Under the pieces are notes generated by a model. It was not told the origin of the DNA. It ran no database searches and saw only the letters and a list, made by a program, of their open reading frames with translations. 64,000 bases of DNA from Squalus acanthias (Eukaryota), in NCBI GenBank assembly GCA_030390025.1, contig CM059437.1, positions 13,330,001 through 13,394,000 on the forward strand, written 5' to 3'. Position 1 is the stretch's first letter, and each line of letters begins with the position of its first letter. Made by a program: the position numbers and the translations under genes. This document shows positions 1 to 13,613 of the stretch, piece by piece.

Positions 1-172
1 ACAGGCAGTACTTCCAGCCATCATTCTTCCCTCAACCAAAACCAATAAATGAACGGCTTAACTGATCATTCATCTCACTGTCTGTGGGATCTTGCAGTGT
101 GCCAAATGGCTGCCACACTTTGCTCCACACAACAGTTAATTTATTCTATGTGAGGTGCTTTGGAATATTTGA
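1..172 (+). mobile_element. Decayed Deu-domain SINE fragment (SacSINE1/AmnSINE1-like)
   Basis: ccctcaaccaaaacc...tcattcatctcactgtctgtgggatcttgcagtgtgccaaatggctgcc resembles the recalled Deu-domain core; similar to the copy at 48310-48690. Confidence 0.55.
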
Positions 173-174
173 GA

Positions 175-482
175 TCACAGAATCCCCACAGTGCAGATAG
201 AAGCCATTTCGGCCCATCGAGCCTGCACCGACACATATCCCACCCTATCCCCGTAACCCCACGTATTTAATCCCCCCTAACACTAAGGGTCAATTTATCA
301 TAGCCAAATTAACCTAACCCGCACATCTTTGGACTGTGGGAGGAAACCGGAGCACCCGGAGGAAATCCACGCAGACACGGGGAGAATGTGCAAACTCTAC
401 ACAGAGAGTCACCCGAGGCCGGATTCGAACCCGGGTCCCTGGTGCTGTGAGGCAACAGTGCTAACCACTATGCCACCGTGTT
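175..482 (-). mobile_element. tRNA-derived V-SINE (HE1-type elasmobranch SINE)
   Basis: Minus strand reads cacggtggcatagtggttagcactgttgcctcacagcaccagggacccgggttcgaatcc (A and B boxes), then the V-domain tttgcacattctccccgtgtctgcgtggatttcctccgggtgctccggtttcctcccacagtccaaagatgtgcgggttagg. Confidence 0.85.
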
Positions 483-1611
483 GCATAGTGATTAGATGTT
501 ATATATGTGCAAGTGTTCTTTCTTTACACAGGAAATGGTTTTGTGGCTCAAACTGGTTTCACAGATTTAGGAGCTTACTTTATATTTCTACATTTGTAAG
601 TCTGTGACCTCATGAAAGCAAACATGAGACTGGCAGTTAACTGTGTAGTCTTTTAATAGTAATGAAATATTTAAAAAAAGTTGACTGCCAGTTATTAAAT
701 AGTCACTAAATATTTGAAAACTTATTTTAAATACGAGTTGTGTACAGCTTCTTCCCAGACAGAAATGCCCTTCATTCAAGGCAATTCAAGGCCCAATTTG
801 CAAATGCACAGAGGCCAATTTAAGATAATACATCACACATACCGCACTCCAGACAAATTCCACAGATTTTATTTCTAAATACCAGAGAACTGCTGGTGGG
901 GGTGTGGAAGAGACTTTGGCCAGAAGGGTATCTCCTATACATATTCTGGTCATGTTCAACCATTCTGGATAGCAGTCCATCCAGTCCATCAAACCGCGAG
1001 GAGCATGACCAGTCTTGCAATCCCAGAAGACCCAGCTCAGTGCTTCTTGCGCCTGCTTATCGGAAAAGGAAGGGCCTTCTTACAATGTACCTCCACCTGA
1101 AACTGGATGAATACCAAGGAGTCTGGGGGCTGTTCTTAAAGGCTCACTCAGCATAAAACTGTCCCACCAGCACAGCAACCCACCTACCTACTGGTCACAT
1201 GAAGGGCAATGATCTCAACCAACATGATCATGAGCATTTAGGGACTTTTCAGCTGTCCCCAAGTGTAACTAATTCCCAGAAACCGTATCATAACTATTCC
1301 AGCTGATCTTTGTCAATGCTTCACAAATGTGGTATGTCCTGCCATGCATTTCACTTATTGCGGTTACTTAACAAAAAAAAATTCATGCTAACAAGGAGAT
1401 CCTGACTACCATTCCATTTAAAACTCAAGGGAAATTTTGCATTGTGCATACAGTATGGTCAGTCTCAGGCAGACTGCCATGTGAGACTTAGTGGTGAAGG
1501 CAAGGAGCCTTAGCATCTTTTGTCACCTTCCAATTTGAAGGAAGAATGTGTATAGACTGGCTGGTTTGGGGAGGAGCTAACAGAAAGCTAAACAATGTTA
1601 CTTTTGCTGGT

Positions 1612-1910
1612 ATCCTCCCCATCCCCTTCCCAAGGGTGCTGACTCTTGCTAGGATATAGCCCACAGAGGTACTGGCAGCCTGTGAGAGTCTTAGCAGTGA
1701 GTGTCAGTAGGTGATTCAATCATGAAAGCATCACACCAAAGCCAATTACTCTTCTCACTCACACATTGAGTCACTGGGCAGTGATTTGGGAGTGGGAACC
1801 CTGCCTCATTTTTCCTTCCTCATGCATAGTTGGCAGAAGGAAAGAGTAGCCCCAATTGGTGTCCTGGTTGAGATCAGCATTGACCAGGATGTAAACTTAG
1901 CCTGTGTGGC
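1612..1910 (-). mobile_element. Ancient SINE copy (AmnSINE2-like family, name tentative)
   Basis: Reverse complement of motifs shared with copies at 24470, 45040 and 50085 (gctgatctcaacc, gggttcccactcc..atcactgcccagtgac, gacactcactg, cagcaagagtcagcaccc). Confidence 0.55.
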
Positions 1911-2320
1911 TTAATATTAAACCAGACTACATCATCACAGGCCACAAGACTGCTGGGCAGCTAAGCTAACAAATGTTAATTTAAAAAGTATTTTCAACAA
2001 ATTGCAATATAAAAATATGCTGAAAACGTCAACAACCACCTTGAAAATCCACTCTAGAAACTATTCAACATAAAATGTTCAGATACCTATCAAGGCAAAT
2101 GGGAAAAATACATTCCTAAGCATTTGACAAGAACATTTAACTTTTATTTTGTCATGAAAGTAACAAGAGCAGCAGGCTTTGGCTTATCAGAATCCTCCAG
2201 TCCCGAGGGGCTGGTGGGGGGAACTTGCTATATCAGTGAGGAAAGAGATAGCAATAATGCCAGAAACTTAACACAATCATGTAAAATAAAAAGCCTACTC
2301 TAGGCAGTGTTAGAGTTATG

Positions 2321-2353
2321 GATTTAAAAATAAACTGATTTAAAAATAAACTG
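2321..2353. repeat. 16-bp tandem duplication (gatttaaaaataaact)x2
   Basis: Read directly from the sequence. Confidence 0.85.
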
Positions 2354-4834
2354 GTTCAAAAATCTGAAATCTTAATTTCTCATTCCTACTCAATCTTATA
2401 TTTCCCTAGGGGAAGTCTACCATATCACAGAATTTCTCAGTTTTTAATTTGACACATCTTGTTTGTACTTGGATTAACAAACTAGGATATCTTTCCAATG
2501 GGGAAGCCTTAAAGAAATACCAAACCCAACAAGCAGATGTAGATTTAAAAAAAAGTCTTTTTAACTGCAATGCACTTTGCAATTTTCTTTGAGCCGAGAG
2601 TTCCCTTTCAAAAAACAAAATGGTTCCTGGTTGCACACTGCTGCTGGGGACTGCAGACAGACCACGGATTTCAGACTTGATCTGGAACTGCACTAGTGGT
2701 ATTCCAGGTCTGCATTAAAGCAGCACACTGCAAACAGTCTGGGCATTCAGCGCTCCTCTCACCTTTTGGCAAAAATGCCTGGTTTGTTCTCCCAAACAGT
2801 TTCGTGGGAGAACTTGACAGTCAAGTTTCAAATCAGCAAGATGTTCTTATGGACAAAATGCAAGATCAACCTCGAGTGATGTTCATCTTCAAACTTTACA
2901 GCCTCGGTTCGGTAGCTTGTAGGTCAGGTAAAGCTGTCAATGGTTGCTTAGTCTCTCCCTATACTCAAGATAGCTTCCCTAAGGTGTGACCGTGACTGTT
3001 TAGGCAGAGGTGAATGTGGGGTAGATTTGATTGTTTTCTTCACTGAGGACAAGGATAGAAGTTTCTTCGGTGGGAGGGGGGGGGGGGGGGGGGAAGGAAA
3101 GAGAGAAAGGGCGAAAAATATAAATGGCAAGAACTTTTCACTGAAATTATACTGCTAGAGTTTTGGTCGACTATCCTTCAGCAAACTACAATTTAAAATG
3201 ACCGTAGTTAATCCCCAGTAGGGAACATTCACATGTAATAGTTTCTCTTCCAAACAAATTCCACTTCCTTTTCGAAAAAGGTTAGTTTTGTCATTTCCCA
3301 TACTAACATGGTTTCAAAGCTGGAAATAATGTGATCTTGCAGCTCTGCCACCTTATTTTATCAGGGCATTATAAAAATATAAGAACATCTTGTTCTAATT
3401 ATCCCTCTCCATTAACTTAAATGTCAAGTTTCCTTTAGAACAAATTTACAAGAAAATCATTTTATGCTCTCTAAACACAGTTGTCACTGCACATTAAATA
3501 TTACTATGATCAAATCTCCAGCAAAGTATTCACAAATTTACTCCTATGCAGAGCCCCTTACCACGCCACAATTTCACTACCATCACCTTTTCACTTCCCC
3601 CATTCAGCTTGTGCTCCAAGGCTAAATTTTCATGGTACCATTTTACCCCAAAATGGGCCGCATACATTTTGAATTATTTCTCCAAGAATCCTTCGTCAAT
3701 ACCAATGTGCCAACTTTCATCAACTTTTAGCAATGCAATGCTAGAACACATAACTCAAATAGAGGTTGTTTTTAAAAAGGCCCTAATTAGACCTGATGCC
3801 GAGCGAGAGAGAAAATTGGCTAAGAACAGTTGATTCCTAACTGGATAGACCGATCCTTTACTTGGAGGACAAAACAACCAGAAGGCAGAAGATGATCAGT
3901 TTAAAACTGAAATGGAGAACATGGTCCCTTGAATCAAGCAGAGCGGAGCAAGATCAAGTTTTAGACTGTATTTGATGCCAACTTGACAGAACCAGAGAGA
4001 AGCAAAATGCTGTAACCAGATGAGATTAGTGATCATAGCCCAGAAGCTTAACATTGAACTTGCAAAGAAAGACTGCAGACCCAGTCTTTCCCACTATATA
4101 TACCATTTCTGGCTCTAAGATTTTAATTATATACAGGAAAAATACAGTGCAAAAATAGGTTTGTACTCAACCTTAATTGTGATTTTAGAATTTATATTGC
4201 TTGCTGGTTTACATTTGATACATTCTCACCCTCGTCTACCTTTGACACTTAGTAGATATATTAAACGTCATCCTTTGATTATGCTAGACGTGTACACGCC
4301 TTACCAGCCAATATGCTGGGTGACCAACGAATAAATATACTAAAATCTAGATCTACAAACCTATAAGAAGTGTGCTGCAGATCACACATTATGCTGCCTA
4401 AATTATTCTTAAAAACTTAATTGCAAATCCCTAAACTTCATATGGCATAATTTAGTACGTACAATGTGAAAGCATGGCTTCTTTTACAGTACTTGTTTAT
4501 AGTCACAATATAGGATTTTCACACAAAATGTAATATGAACATTGCTGATGATGTAGTTTTACTATCAGAAATCATTTTAAAACATTCAGCAATACTCAGG
4601 GTCAATACCCTACATAAATGTATGCAAAATAATAAATCTAATTATAAATAAAAATGGGGTAAGCAACAAAAAATAGTGCATATTTTTCAAAGATGATCAC
4701 CAGTCGTAGCTCCGAACATCCTACTGACTTTTAGGCAGATTTCCATTGAAACAAGTAAATGTTTGGGAACACAGAAAAATACACACAGCAGATTCCCAAC
4801 GCGGTCTGCTCCAAATAAACTCATAGCTAATGTC

Positions 4835-4880
4835 ATCAGTTTGATCCAAGCACAGAATCAGTTTGATCCAAGCACAGAAT
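4835..4880. repeat. 22-bp tandem duplication (atcagtttgatccaagcacaga)x2
   Basis: Exact adjacent copies at 4835-4856 and 4857-4878. Confidence 0.9.
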
Positions 4881-6579
4881 TCTAATGTGCTAGGGTAGTC
4901 ACCAAGCAAGCCAACAAAAAATTTATTGGAAATACAAATTTTTCATTCAAGTACCAAATCTCCCACCCAATGACCTTCTTGTACCCAATATAATACTATG
5001 GCAAACTATACCTAGATACAGGCTACCTTCATCACTCATTGAAGAATATACCATTAAGTTTATATATTCTGCTTTGTTCACATTAAAATTTGAATAATTA
5101 CTTAAATATAACTTTTTAAGATGGAGTTACAGAAATCCTGATCTAAGCGTAAAGTTTTATTCTCAAACTGGGATTCAACTGTATAAAAACCATTAACACG
5201 GAGTTCCAATCTGTCCAAAGTACTGACATCATTATTTGGGTTATGGAAAAGTCTGCTTTGTGAGGTTTTGATCTATTCTGACTGATCTATTATGGCATGC
5301 CACAGGATTGTATTATTCTTCATTGCCATCAACCTAGCACTTAAAAGTGAAACTCCAAAAATAGTCATCTAACTTCCATCTCCAATGGGTATTGAAGGAA
5401 AAGCCCTCCTATTCTTCAGATTCATTCTGCACCCACTCCTGAAAATAAATCTTGATCCCTGAAGCCATTATTAGCCCATCAGTAAGGTCACCAACGAGCA
5501 TTTTCCTCACGTGTTTTATAAACAGTTTCATCCCATGTCACCCCAAGCACATAAATAAGAGGTGGTAAGCCTATCTATTTCCAAAAATACTGCTTTAAAC
5601 TGCCTCTAGAGTTTACTAGTTTTATTCATTTCTCATTTAATGGGAGGTTCAAATTTGTTTTTAGTGGAATTATACCAATGTTCAAATTACAACCAACCAG
5701 TTAATAAAGGTAAACAATGTGAAACATTAAAACGTGGTATCACATTTGACACCTGATCCAAATTGCATCTCTTCAAGCAGAACAGTACATTTGTTATTTG
5801 ATGTTTCTATTTTCAGAACAACCATTTAACAGTTACATGTTGTGCTGGATGGGAAATAAATTATGAGCAACACATGAAAAGGTTTTCTAAGCAGTGCTTA
5901 CTGCAAACTAGTAATTCAGTTTGCATAGTGTCAAATCTTGATCAAATTGCAGTTCTATAGTTACAGTTTTATAACTAGTTACCATGGTAGAAAAGCTCTT
6001 AATGTTAAAGTAAAAGTATATAGTAAACACAAACTGAAGCCGTAACTCCTATTTCTTTAATTTGCATTTTGTAATATTGATATGCATAACTCCACTTGGC
6101 TCTCAAATGTTCCTTTACAAGAATTTTTCCCACCTTCTGATATCTGGAAAACCCCTGAAATTTGTCGATATATTTTAGACACTGCAGCTTTCCACACTAT
6201 TGTTACACATCTATAAACCACCCCAGCTGAAAAACATCTAGGAATTGGGGTGCAGAGAGGTGTAGCCATCTATTTTAAATATAAGATTTAAGAAAAAAGT
6301 TTTGATTCAGAGGATACCAGTTTGAAGCTTTAAATGATTTACTTATACTGTATTTGAAGCTAAAAATCAGTGTTTGAAGTTTAAGACTTATTTCAAAGTT
6401 TTCTTATTTCAAAGTTTGGACTAAAAGTATCAAGAAAACTAAAAAAGATGAAGCTACAAACTAGATAAAAAGTTAATGCCAATTGTATCAAGAACAGGCA
6501 AATATACAAAGCCATTTGTAATGGGACATGCCAGAGTCGTCAGTATGTTTGATACATATTTTTGGGCTCATGAAGGTAG

Positions 6580-6810
6580 GGGGTGACAATGGAGAATGAG
6601 ACTTTTCCATTTTGGGCATTCAATGTCAACATCAAGCATTCTTAAATGCAGGGTAAAGCTCCCTCAATAACTTACTTAGCTTTAACCTCAGAAGAGTAAC
6701 CCTAGCTGCAACATTGTGATGTTTTCATTCCCACACTAGCTATCATTGTGGCTAAAGTGAGACTGCCAAATTGGGCTAAACTATGGGCAGTTTGGTGCTG
6801 TGTGCCTCCA
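6580..6810 (-). mobile_element. Decayed 3' half of an LF-SINE-like element
   Basis: Reverse complement aligns by eye to 37780-38000 (ttggcagtctc...gtgtgggaatgaaaacatcac...tgcttgat...tgcccaaaat). Confidence 0.45.
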
Positions 6811-6957
6811 GGATTGATTTCATCCAAGACTCAGGAGCAACCTGAAGTCAAACCGAGTTAGAGATGAAAGGGCATAGGGCTGACCCAGTGACAGCCAGCC
6901 TGCATGCACAATTAAAAAAAGTTATAATTTGTTACGGCACTGAATTTTGGTACTCAC

Positions 6958-7121
<164 letters not shown>

Positions 7122-7862
7122 TCATTTAGAAACAGAAGACCAGGTAAATATTAAGTTACTGTAGTTCAGTTATTGCCACTGAAACTGGTTAAAAACATAA
7201 TTGCCTTTTTGTAAAATATAGTGACCATTGAAAAAAATCTTACCGTATATCCAACCATATCCATTTCTTACTCAGATCAAAGCTACATACTCAACCTTAA
7301 CTGAGTTTTTGAATTTAGTTTCTGCAACTTTAAAATGCATGCATTCTGCCACAGACTGAATTTTGGGACTTGGTGACCGTGACCAGCTACCTGACCTGGT
7401 TAAACTCTAAATGCAATGTCCAAATTCATTCTCATTTAGCCACTTGTATGGTTGCAGTATTCAACTTCAAAATGGATAGCACAGGCCTCCAAAACCATGG
7501 TCAACAAAGTACCAAGTACCAAAAACAAATAATGGAACGAGAACACATTTATGAATTCACATAATATTTTTACAAACTAATCTGATCATGCGGCACTAAT
7601 TATGTTGCAAAAATATAACTACAATCTCAAATGGGATAACAATTCAGAAATCTACAAAAACCACCTGACATTCAGATCGTTGTATAAAATATATGTAATC
7701 ACTTTGCACTACTTATACAGCTATGATTGTCATCAGTGAAGCATCAAACGATTCATAACTACTAAACAATCTCGAGCTCTACTGCTGCACAAGGTTCGGT
7801 GCGTACAATAGGCTCAAATCATTAATATTTGTTGAGAACAGGCACTGTTCTAAAGATATCAT

Positions 7863-8767
7863 CTTTTCTTCTTCTTAGGCAGTTCCTGGGAACCGAGGAT
7901 GACTTGCTTCCACATTAAAAATGAGTTCTCAGGTGACTGATGAGTACAATGCAGGACCTACAGTCTCTGTCACAGGTGGGGCAGACGGTGGTTGAAGGAG
8001 CAGGTGGGTGGGGTGCTTGGGTTGACGTGTGCTCCTTGCGCTGCCTGCGCTTGGCTTCCGCTTGCTCCCGGCGAAGAGACTCGATGTGTTCAGCGCCTTC
8101 CCGGATGCTTCTCCTCCACTTTTGTGCGGTCTTGGGCCAGGGATTCCCAGGTGTCAGTGGGGATGTTTCACCTTTTCAAGGAGGCTTTGAGGGTGTCCTT
8201 GAAGTGTTTCCTCTGCCCACCTGGGGCTCTCTTGCCGTGCCGGAGCTCTGAGTAGAGCGCTTGTTTTGGGAGTCTCGTATCGGGCATGCGGACAATGCGA
8301 CCCGTCCATCGGAGCTGATGGAGCGTGGTCAAAGCTTCGATGCTGGGGATGTTGGCCTGAGCAAGAACACTGACGTTGGTGCACCTATCCTGCCAATGGA
8401 TTTGCAGGATCTTGCGGAGGCAGCGTTGGTGGTACCTCTCCAGTGCTTTGAGGTGCCTGCTGTACATGGTCCATGTCTCTGAGGCATACAGCAGGGCGGG
8501 TATCACTGCTGCTCTGTAGACCATGAGCTTAGTGCCGGGTTTGAGATCCTGGTCTTCAAACACTCTCTTCCTCAGGCGACCGAAGGCTGCACTGGCACAC
8601 TGAAGGCAGTGTTGGACTTCGTCGTCGACGTCTGCCCTTGTTGACAGTAGGCTCCCGAGGTATGGAAAGTGGTCCACGTTGTCCAAGGCCTTGTCGTGGA
8701 TTTTGATAATCGGGGGGCAGTACTGTGTGGCGGGGGCAGGTTGGTAGAGGACCTTTGTCTTACGGAC
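7863..8767 (-). mobile_element. 5'-truncated RTE-clade LINE (BovB-like), RT C-terminal part with 3' UTR and (GAA)n tail
   Basis: ORF 8168-8686 has FPYLGS, ASAAFGRLRKRVF, TKLMVYRAAVIPALLYASETW, QLRWTGRIVRMPDTRLPKQALYSEL, all typical of RTE; ttcttcttctt tail at about 7866; GC/CpG-rich relative to flanks. Confidence 0.9.
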
Positions 8768-9892
8768 AATTATAATACATACAATACATCAATGATTAAC
8801 AGACAAATAGCATAAAATATTTTTAGTTCAATATGCTTACAGCCTCGCTTCTCACAACTTGACCCTGGGAAAACATGCTACCAACTGAGCTTGTAATTTT
8901 CTTTGAACAGATGATTTGGCACCAGCAGCCAACCGGCAGAATGGGCGAAATTGTAATCCAAGACAAAAGGAAGTTAAATTGGGCACAGAAGCCTCCATCC
9001 CTAAATGGATGAAGAGGCAGCTACAATGTGGCTGGTGCATCTTTATGGGAGAGGTTTTGCAAACATTCCTTGCCCATCAGTCACACTCTAGCCAGTGAGT
9101 GAGAAGAGTTTATGTTCCGTTAAATACCAGATCTTGCTGGAGCATCAATATTCTTGTAGCGAGTCAGATCATGCTGAATTCTTAAGTGCTGATATTCGAG
9201 TCGGCCGTACAATTTTCTTTTAAATAGCCATGCAACAATGGACAATAGGTGTCCTACTTGAAAAAACTTGTGGTATTTTCAACACAAATTTTAAAACTGG
9301 TGTCAGCTAGTAGCCATGGCAGGCCAATAATCAACGTGGGCTGCAGTGGGCCATTACGTAAAATTACGTTATGAGTTTCCCAAGTTTTGTTCGCTCAAAT
9401 CTGCAATCAAACTGCAAAGGAAACTGCTATCTAAGCGCCTCAGGACGATAACCATCAGCAACAATGAAGCATCACAACTTCTACCCCTCAAGCACCATAT
9501 CTATTCTTTCTTAGCAAAAGTCCAGTTCGAGTTAAAATGCAAATGATCGATACCAGCGAATCAATAAAAGTGTAAAGGAATCAGAACTTCAAAATGCATC
9601 AAGTAGGGAAAATTTCTGTATTATAACATTTTAATGTGACCAGGTAGAACATACAATGTGCATTAAATAGTTCTATTGTCTTGGCACCACGAGGTAACAG
9701 ATACACAAAATGTGTAGAAATATTCAGTTTTGATAAGAGATGCCACTACCTGCAATCAGAATCTTTGAAGTAACACTGAATGAGTTTGAAGATTGAGGGA
9801 AGTAGGCAAATTCAACATCTCTAATGGCTGAACCCTCAAATTATCCATTGTTTAAAAGTACTGAAATGCATAGGAGAACTAAACAAGATGAT

Positions 9893-10595
9893 GGCCCATA
9901 ATTTGCGGCCCCTACGGGCTCGTAAGGGCTGTGCAGATTCTGGGTATTCGCGTACGAAAACCCGGAACTTACAATCTGTCAAGAATTTTCTTGACAGAGC
10001 CAATGCATCCCCGGGAAAAGGGCATCCACGGGCGGAGAGTTGGGCTATTTGCCCAACTACTGCTCTGCGAATGCCTGTGAAATTCTTACGCCTGCTTTTA
10101 TTCGCGTAAGTTTAAATAACCAAAAATAATTTTTTTTCAATTTATACATTAAAAAACCTGTGCAACAAGATAAGTTTATTTTAGCCCCTTTAAAACATTT
10201 AAATTAATTTTTCAAAAAATAAAATTTTTGTTTTAAATATTTCATTAAATGGCTTTAAATTAATTTTAAATATGTAATTTAAATTTTTTTTATTTGATGT
10301 GCAAATGTATTTTTGGGGGTATTCCCATTCATGCTTATGAGGTTTCCGCACTTACGGAATCCCCATAAGTATGAATGGGGATTCCCTTCTTTCATTTGTT
10401 GAGCCGGCCCACATGATCCCAGGGGCGCTTGTGAATCGCATGCGCCCCTGGGATACGTGGGCCTCTACCCGCGGGTACCCGGAGGGGCCCAGGACCTGCG
10501 AGTCTCCGTACCTCCCGGACCACCAGGTACGCGGGCATTTTATTTGCGATCGGAGGCATTTCCCCGCGGGAAGCCTCCGACCGCAAATTCAAGCC
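9893..10595. mobile_element. Non-autonomous DNA transposon (PIF/Harbinger-type MITE), copy 1
   Basis: Ends ggcccataatttgcgg ... ccgcaaattcaagcc (imperfect TIRs); GC-rich ends, AT-rich core; colinear with 13614-14337. Confidence 0.8.
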
Positions 10596-11616
10596 AATAA
10601 TGTCTAACAACAGCTGGGTGCGATGAGCACAGGAACCACCAGATGGCCCAAAGTATGTCTGTTCACCCATTTATCTAAAGTGTTAGAAATGGTTAGTAAT
10701 TGTTTGTATTTGAAGTTGTAGCAGGTTCATTTAAAAGATCTAATATATAACTAGGAAGCAGCACTTAGGTCTCAAGTTCCTGCTTCACATTGCCTATTCT
10801 GCATGAGGTGGCTAAGAAGGACTTTTTGAAGTCATCACCCATATAACATTTAATCAGAGAATTAGTCAGAAGAACTGCTAAGATTTCAGACTTTTGCTGA
10901 TTTGGAACAGTTTAACTATGAAGTAAAGTATTGTATTACTAGTCTCTTGCTATATTCTACTTGTGTGTAATTATCTTACTTGGAAATAAATTTAACTATC
11001 AGTTTTAGCCTGAATATTGCACACTACCCCATTCACCCTCAGCATAAGGGTGCAAGTCTAGGTTTCGGGGATGGGATGGGGTGAGGTAGGGTGGTCAGTT
11101 TGCTTACGGGAGCTGTCTTTTTTCTGCGAAAGCAAATTAGAAGTATTGGCAGCAATTTCATATTTTAATAGAAGGTACAACTGATGTCTACCAACTATGA
11201 TGCAACAAAGATGCGCATAGAATAGGATTCCATTAAAAACACCCGTGTTAAGGGAACAAGGATTAGCTTCAAAATGCAATAAACCGTCAGTCTCGTTTCC
11301 TTTCAATCAGATTTCTGCACCAATAGATGGCTATTCAAGTAATCAGCATCAAACTAATGAAGCAAATTACAAATATATGGTAATAGCCATACATTTTTGA
11401 AAGAAAGTAGGCATACAAGAATGTTTTGAGGATTTTGTCGTTATCTTAAATCACAAAACTGAATTTGAGTCACCATTCCAATTGAAAAAAACTACTGTAA
11501 AAGCAAAATCTGCGTATGATCCAAAGACCTCACTATGACAGATTGGGAACCATTTCCTACATATCAAAATATATTTCTGCATTATATTTTGCTCAAATGA
11601 AACTGGGGCTCTTTTC

Positions 11617-11985
11617 TAGAGAAAAGAGAAGGTCAAGGGCGACACGTTAGAGGTCTTTAAGATAACGAAAGAGTTTGATAGGGCAAACATGGAGAAAATG
11701 TTGCCACTTGTGGGGAGCCCAAAACTAAAGGCCATAAATATAAAAATGTCACTAATAAATCCAATAAAGGAATTCAGAAGAAACTTCTTTACCCCAAGAG
11801 TGGGACTCGCTACCACAAGGAGTAGTTGAGGCAAATAGCATCGATGCATTTAAGGGGAAGCTAGATAAACACATGTGGGAGAAGGGTATGCTGATAGGGT
11901 TAGATGAAGAGGCTCGTGTGGCACATAAACACCAGCACAGACCAGTTGGGTTGAATGGCCTATTTCTGTGCTGTAGACTCAAGGT
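11617..11985 (+). mobile_element. CR1 LINE 3' fragment
   Basis: ctagagaaaagagaaggtcaagggcgac..gaggtctttaagat (LEKRR..GD..EVFKI-like) and a CR1-like 3' end gaatggcctatttctgtgctgta. Confidence 0.8.
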
Positions 11986-12722
11986 AACTCAATGTAAACT
12001 GAAGCTATGTACTCTGACTAAGATGGAGCTTGGTTAGCTGCTTTTGAAAGAAAATGGTTTGTCTCTCGAGGGCTTGCATGTAAACACACAATTTTATCTG
12101 GAGTTAACCAAGTTTCAATGGACAGCGGCTCACAGTTTATAAAAAAGACCCACACCAGGTCAAGATTATTTGCAAATACATCAGATAATGTATACAAGTT
12201 TTCTATTGTGATAAAATAACAGTCGTCAGTTGTAACCGCTGACCCATCAGGGAATATGAGAGGAAGGTAGTTGAGATCTCAAAATTAACACCCATTACAT
12301 GAAGATTTGCTTTGATCTTAGGTGTCATAAGCAGGCATGGCGTGATATATTTGCAGCCTGCTCTCTCTACTCTGCAGTACACAGTTTATCTTCAAGCCAC
12401 AGTAGTGAGAGCGAACTCCATGGGGACAGTGGGACATTGTACATAAAGCATCAAAAGACTCAATTAAAGCATGCATAAAACGACATGGCCATTGAACACA
12501 TTTTCAAGTCAGGCTAAATAGCACGCAAGCATAGCATTGTGTTCTTCTCTGCGGTTTCCATTTTGCTTCTGTGCAAATTTCTTACTTGTAATACATTCAA
12601 CTGCTAGATTTAGTCTAAACTATATGGTCTGACGGTTATATTTTTTGACGTATTATGTGTTAGAAATGTGTTAGGCATGAGACTTCTGATGTAAAATCTC
12701 AGTAAAGAATTGTTAATTGACG

Positions 12723-13179
12723 TTTTTAAAAAAAAATTCATTCCTGGGATGTGGGCGTCGCTAACAAGGCCAGCATTTATTGCCCACCTTGAGAAGGTGG
12801 TGGTGAGCCGCCTTCTTGAACCGCTGCAATCCGTGTGGTGTTCTTTGTAGCGGTTTGGTACAACTGAGTGGCTTGCTGGGCCATTTCAGAGGGCAGTTAA
12901 GAGTCAACCACATTGCTGTGGGTCTGGAGTCACAGACCAGGGTAAGGACGGCAGATTTCCTTCCCTAAAAGGACATCAGTGGACCAGATGGGTTTTTACG
13001 ACAATCCGGTAGTTTCATGGTCACCATCACTGATGATAGCTTTTTATTCCAGATTTATTTAATTAACTGAATTTAAATTCCCCAGCTGCCGTGGTGGGAT
13101 TTGAACTCATGTCTCCGGATCATTAGTCCAGGCCTCTGGATTACTCGTCCAGTAACATAACCACAATGCTACCGTTACT
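12723..13179 (-). mobile_element. tRNA-head SINE with a LINE-derived 3' tail
   Basis: Minus-strand head ggtagcattgtggttatgttactggac...gagttcaaatcccaccacggc (A/B boxes); tail matches the 3' end of the LINE at 58410; second copy at 27775-28169. Confidence 0.85.
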
Positions 13180-13613
13180 GTTAATCATGACACTGCTAAG
13201 ATGATAATTTTCAGATCACAGGGATGTGGGTCTGCTCATAGAAATTGCAATTTGATGTGGATATGAAGAGAGCTTGAATTGTAACACACATGTCGTCTCG
13301 TATTCAGTTCCTCTGAATTTCACATTAATATTTGCACTGCTGTCACTTTCAGAAACCAGGCTTCCTGGGTCAGCTAGACTATGGCACTGAACAAAAAAGA
13401 AACACTATTACTGTGCTAAAGCTACTGAAACATAAGGATTAGCTTTATTACTGAGAGATGAACCATACACTGCTAAACACCTAAAAACACAATTTTACAT
13501 AAAAATACATTTTATTTTAAATCTGTGCTCACCTTCCCATTCCTCCTATTTTCTCTTCCCTAATCATTCTAGCTTTGTTGCAATTTTTCAATTTAATTTT
13601 TTTAATAATTATT

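Noticed and set aside
400-480. tRNA-like sequences at SINE heads (also ~13080-13175 and ~28075-28165)
   Set aside because: A/B boxes are joined to SINE bodies and do not form complete tRNA genes.
2715-2732. Minus-strand CSVLL resembling the start of the SPOPL-specific insert (CSVLRQLG...)
   Set aside because: Only four residues match, a stop follows, and there is no AG acceptor in the required position.
1-6957. Final SPOP coding exon (HASDVLETSGWKSM...KRLKQS)
   Set aside because: Scanned by eye and not found; it probably lies left of the window.
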